Part shown: positions 61,501 to 64,000 of the stretch, piece after piece | How the letters are laid out: each line of letters opens with the position of its first letter | Numbering within the stretch: position 1 is the first letter of the stretch | Made by a program: the position numbers and the translations under genes | Notes under the pieces: model-generated | Told to the model about the DNA's origin: nothing | The model's database searches: none | Seen by the model: only the letters and a program-made list of their open reading frames with translations | NCBI GenBank assembly: GCA_964057225.1 | Contig: OZ059898.1 | Coordinates: 10,292,001-10,356,000 of the forward strand | Length of the DNA stretch: 64,000 nt | Reading direction: 5' to 3' | DNA from: Auanema rhodensis | Lineage: Eukaryota > Animalia > Nematoda

Positions 61501-64000
61501 TATTCTCAGAAATAAACATGCATGTTCGCGAATTCTTGTCAAACGATGAACAAGTAATACAGAACCTTCCTGAAGAAGACAGATATCCGAACATGACAAC
61601 CAAAATACTTGGCATATCTTTTAATAAAGAACACGACTCCTTCATTATCCCAATAAAAATAACAACGACTCACACAAGTTACACCAAGAGAATTCTACTC
61701 AGTCAGTTACATTCAATATTTGATCCCATTGGATTATCAGCACCAATACTGTTACCCCTCAAACTTATCTTGCGAGAAATCATTAGCACAAAATTATCAT
61801 GGGACCAACCCATTGACTCAAACAGTATCAAGCAATGGGAACAACATATTACTCAGATTAACAATAAGCAATTAACCATGAACAGATATTTTAAGTTTTC
61901 TGAACATGAAACACAGTTATGGGTCTTCGCTGACGCAAGCAACCAAGCAATGGCCGCTTGTTCATATTTCCAAACAAATGGGAAGATTAGTTCTCTGCTC
62001 AACGGGAAATCACGCATAGCACCCAAAAATAAAACTACAATTCCACGATTAGAGTTACTAGCCATTCGTTTAGCTGTACGAATGGCATTATCTATCGTCA
62101 CCATATGTCCGAAAATAGCGAAAGTTAACATTGTGAGCGATAGCAACATCGCACTATCATGGATTGTCTCACAAAAATCTCTCCCACTGTTCATTAATAA
62201 TCAAACAAATACTATAAAGAAACAACTCAAGCAAATCGAACAAATATGTTGCAATATAGAACTATATCACGTACAAACCTCGTTCAACACAGCAGACATC
62301 GGATCTCGAGGTGCAGACATGGAAAAACTACAAGTTTCCGACTGGATTGAAGGCCCACATTGGTTAACTAAACTTTCCGTGCATAACCCTCTGACATCAC
62401 TCGGCTCACCTAACAACTCGAGCAGGAATAACGCAGAATTAAAATCGGAGCATCACAATGTTGTCCACATAATCATAGACAATCCTCCAACCCATGATAT
62501 TTGGAACATTCGTGAAAACTATGATGACGTGATCAAAACAATGACAACCGTAGGGAAATTATTCAAGAAATGGTTTTTCACAGTCCATCCTAACGACGCC
62601 AACAAGTTGCAAAAAATAAAACATCTCACATCAACAGACACGCACACTGTTGAAGACATCAACATTATTGAAAAAATTTTGATCAGTAACAGTCAATCTA
62701 ATATGAGCCTTGATGACTTACAGCAAAGACATATAAATCTAAAATTCTTCAAAGATACATGGGATATTTATCGCGTAAGAAGCCGTTTACAAAATACTCT
62801 TCTTCCCGAAGAGACGAAAAACCCTATATTCCTTCTTAAAACAAACCCCATAGTTAAAAAACTGATCAACAAAATACACAAAGACAATAATCATCAAGGC
62901 AAACATTTCACGCTTATTCAACTCAGACAAAAGTTCTATATACCAAAAACAACCGGAGTCATTAAGCAAACATTGAAAAACTGTGTGACATGTAAAAGAT
63001 TTCAATCACACCCTTATGAATTACCAGATATGCCATCGCTACCAAAAGATAGAACGATTCTTACAAGAGCATTCTTTTCAACAGGGTGTGATCTTATGGG
63101 CCCCTTCACCCTTCGAAATGGGTCTAAAGTCCATATCTGTCTGTTTACATGCATGACAACTAGAGCAATTCACTTAGAGGTAGTCACCAATCAATCCACA
63201 GTTGCTTTTATGAATGCATTCACTAGATTTATATCACGCAGAGGTACTCCAGAAATTATGCGTAGTGACTGCGCAGGAAACTTTATATTGAGCTCAAAAA
63301 TATTAGAAACCCTTGAAAAAACATCGGATTACAACGAAAGAAGCTTACTAAACACACTAGCACAACAAAAAATTAAATGGATATACAACACTCCATTATC
63401 ACCCTGGAAAGGTGGATGTTGGGAACGTTTAGTAGGTGTAACCAAAGCTTCACTCAAAAAATGTTTCATTCCTAGTCGAATGTCCCTGGATGACTTACAC
63501 ACAGCCATTGTAAAAATAGAAGCTATAATTAATACACGCCCACTCACCCATCCACACCCAGATAATTTAGATACTCTACCCATAAGGCCAATTGACTTTT
63601 TAACATCAGCCATAAAGTTTTCATTACCTGAAAACAACGCGGATACTCATATATTTGATATCCTTAGCGATATTCAAACGATTCAATCAACAGAGCAAGC
63701 GCTAGAAGCGCTTCAATTATCAGAAGACTCAGCATCTAAATTTTGGAAACGATTTCAAGAAGAATATCTAACAAGCTTAAAAGATATATTTAAGCATAAA
63801 CACCATAGAAAAAATCACACAAACATCTTCCCCCAACCAGATGAAATAGTATTGATACAAAACGACATGTTGCCACGAGGAACATGGAAACTAGGTCGCA
63901 TCATTGAAACAATCACTAGTTCAGATGGCAACATACGTTCAGCAAAAGTTGCAACAAGCAACGGAAACATAATTACTCGATCTATCAATCAGCTCTATCC
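58527..64000 (+). CDS. BEL/Pao Gag-Pol polyprotein, 3'-incomplete (not in the ORF track because it has no stop in the window)
   Basis: ATG at 58527 (MSLLFVNHIK); same frame at LPTFDGKPENF (59076), CVFC/CWIC/CRNC knuckles (~59685-59872), protease LIDEGS (~60165), RT YVDN (61428), RNase H WVFADAS (61920), integrase GCDLMGP/RSDCAGNF/WERLVG, ending RSINQLYP at the edge. Confidence 0.92.
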   Translation, partial: MSLLFVNHIKQSNQFLGELLTRYEMEVKDLPGILVDCDFHTEEEEETLSCLIIRWTKVQHQFKESLKNHQDNEKKFQKFYEASDKTLRKALDEQYIAFTSDEDFEPNIKKVQNAIIELDEHIMKAERILRKLRKTLHKNESEHNSNRSTENNETENKSNDQFLEIIKSFLHIQQTSIQKPAMSLPTFDGKPENFKSFWGRFDRLVHDNEQFTTLEKVNLLCESLKGDSQIAIRGIEPSAQNYELMREALVSEFGDYSSDINSLLTQLRNLKFASNNAKACKETFGETKALIRQIEAAGATVSREMCTAMILNKFPYHIVEDILIHPNNYHSTKEMLTAVDHKIYSFFLKEQTRNSHEQKFRNHKDNVTSVSHKDSTAEQRKTQTWPCVFCDSSEHRFYQCTTFETPEKRRYRIRGKAICWICFSDKHKSSECRKQKCRNCQGDHNSALCSQGRKSVQNIQKDKETPTIKKDQALLITTEELLNKKTTEYKQESDTNNRIPTEALNAPVSLNHIADTHNIEESQVILRTAMANIYNHNSKKYEQVRMLIDEGSMRSFISKDLSTRLGLPILGSQKRTFYGIGALSETHEVEDVKVIIGTSTGSLIVTKLFTKPMLTTPIRCPKLSNEDLKFIQRRKIKLANPKTNGESFTPDILIGMDRYKLFMHLNEETELPSRMRLKNSVFGHMIHGEAPLPDDNTQQEVILCSTLEEITKETSHKELLTNLFELDSIGINTENANADRTIDYYEEYSKDIKIENNRIIAPFPLKNNFKNLKNNKMPAYHRFVSLWRKLLHNPEMLSHYTTTIESYLKDNIVEQIPNNHQEPLEFYMPHHGVWKPSKANPLRIVFDASAKQKDSPSLNEIIHTGRSFITYIHDIMISCRTRPIIITCDIKAAFLQVQLTENHKNLCKFFWIKNKEYPISHNNIITLRFNRLPFGITASPSVLNMGIKWFLESKVDNPLAMEILHNLYVDNIILTANTTEEAIKKCKETQTLFSEINMHVREFLSNDEQVIQNLPEEDRYPNMTTKILGISFNKEHDSFIIPIKITTTHTSYTKRILLSQLHSIFDPIGLSAPILLPLKLILREIISTKLSWDQPIDSNSIKQWEQHITQINNKQLTMNRYFKFSEHETQLWVFADASNQAMAACSYFQTNGKISSLLNGKSRIAPKNKTTIPRLELLAIRLAVRMALSIVTICPKIAKVNIVSDSNIALSWIVSQKSLPLFINNQTNTIKKQLKQIEQICCNIELYHVQTSFNTADIGSRGADMEKLQVSDWIEGPHWLTKLSVHNPLTSLGSPNNSSRNNAELKSEHHNVVHIIIDNPPTHDIWNIRENYDDVIKTMTTVGKLFKKWFFTVHPNDANKLQKIKHLTSTDTHTVEDINIIEKILISNSQSNMSLDDLQQRHINLKFFKDTWDIYRVRSRLQNTLLPEETKNPIFLLKTNPIVKKLINKIHKDNNHQGKHFTLIQLRQKFYIPKTTGVIKQTLKNCVTCKRFQSHPYELPDMPSLPKDRTILTRAFFSTGCDLMGPFTLRNGSKVHICLFTCMTTRAIHLEVVTNQSTVAFMNAFTRFISRRGTPEIMRSDCAGNFILSSKILETLEKTSDYNERSLLNTLAQQKIKWIYNTPLSPWKGGCWERLVGVTKASLKKCFIPSRMSLDDLHTAIVKIEAIINTRPLTHPHPDNLDTLPIRPIDFLTSAIKFSLPENNADTHIFDILSDIQTIQSTEQALEALQLSEDSASKFWKRFQEEYLTSLKDIFKHKHHRKNHTNIFPQPDEIVLIQNDMLPRGTWKLGRIIETITSSDGNIRSAKVATSNGNIITRSINQLY

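Larger units (their letters stand above)
57861..64000 (+). mobile_element. BEL/Pao (Belpaoviridae) LTR retrotransposon, 5' part; runs off the window
   Basis: Satellite stops abruptly at gaagag|TGTCGCG; LTR, PBS, then a polyprotein with BEL hallmarks (LPTFDG, three CCHC knuckles, YVDN, FADAS, GGCWERLVG). Confidence 0.95.

Noticed and set aside
58942-63637. Short ORFs listed within the BEL element, suggesting a fragmented pseudogene
   Set aside because: They are off-frame or antisense; all BEL motifs lie in one frame from 58527 that has no stop in the window

Overview
AT-rich eukaryotic (probably invertebrate; splice signals and element types suggest a nematode, which is an inference) DNA made almost entirely of a tandem array in which a ~231-bp satellite monomer is interspersed with 41 near-identical tRNA-Gly(GCC) genes on the minus strand (1-57860). 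Two LTR retrotransposons sit just upstream of tRNA genes. (1) A complete, very young 12,072-bp Ty3/gypsy element (3720-15791, minus strand) abuts the 5' end of a tRNA gene. It has identical 366-bp LTRs with non-canonical CG...CG ends, a 4-bp TSD and a tRNA-Gln PBS. Its single 2901-codon ORF places a class III-like (gB/chuvirus G-like) envelope glycoprotein between Gag and protease, and its leader carries an antisense, intron-containing accessory gene. (2) A BEL/Pao element (57861 to the window end, plus strand) has an open gag-pol frame and a PBS complementary to the very tRNA-Gly encoded by the array, plus a second 17-nt block complementary to that tRNA's anticodon arm. The many short ORFs in the array are translation artefacts.
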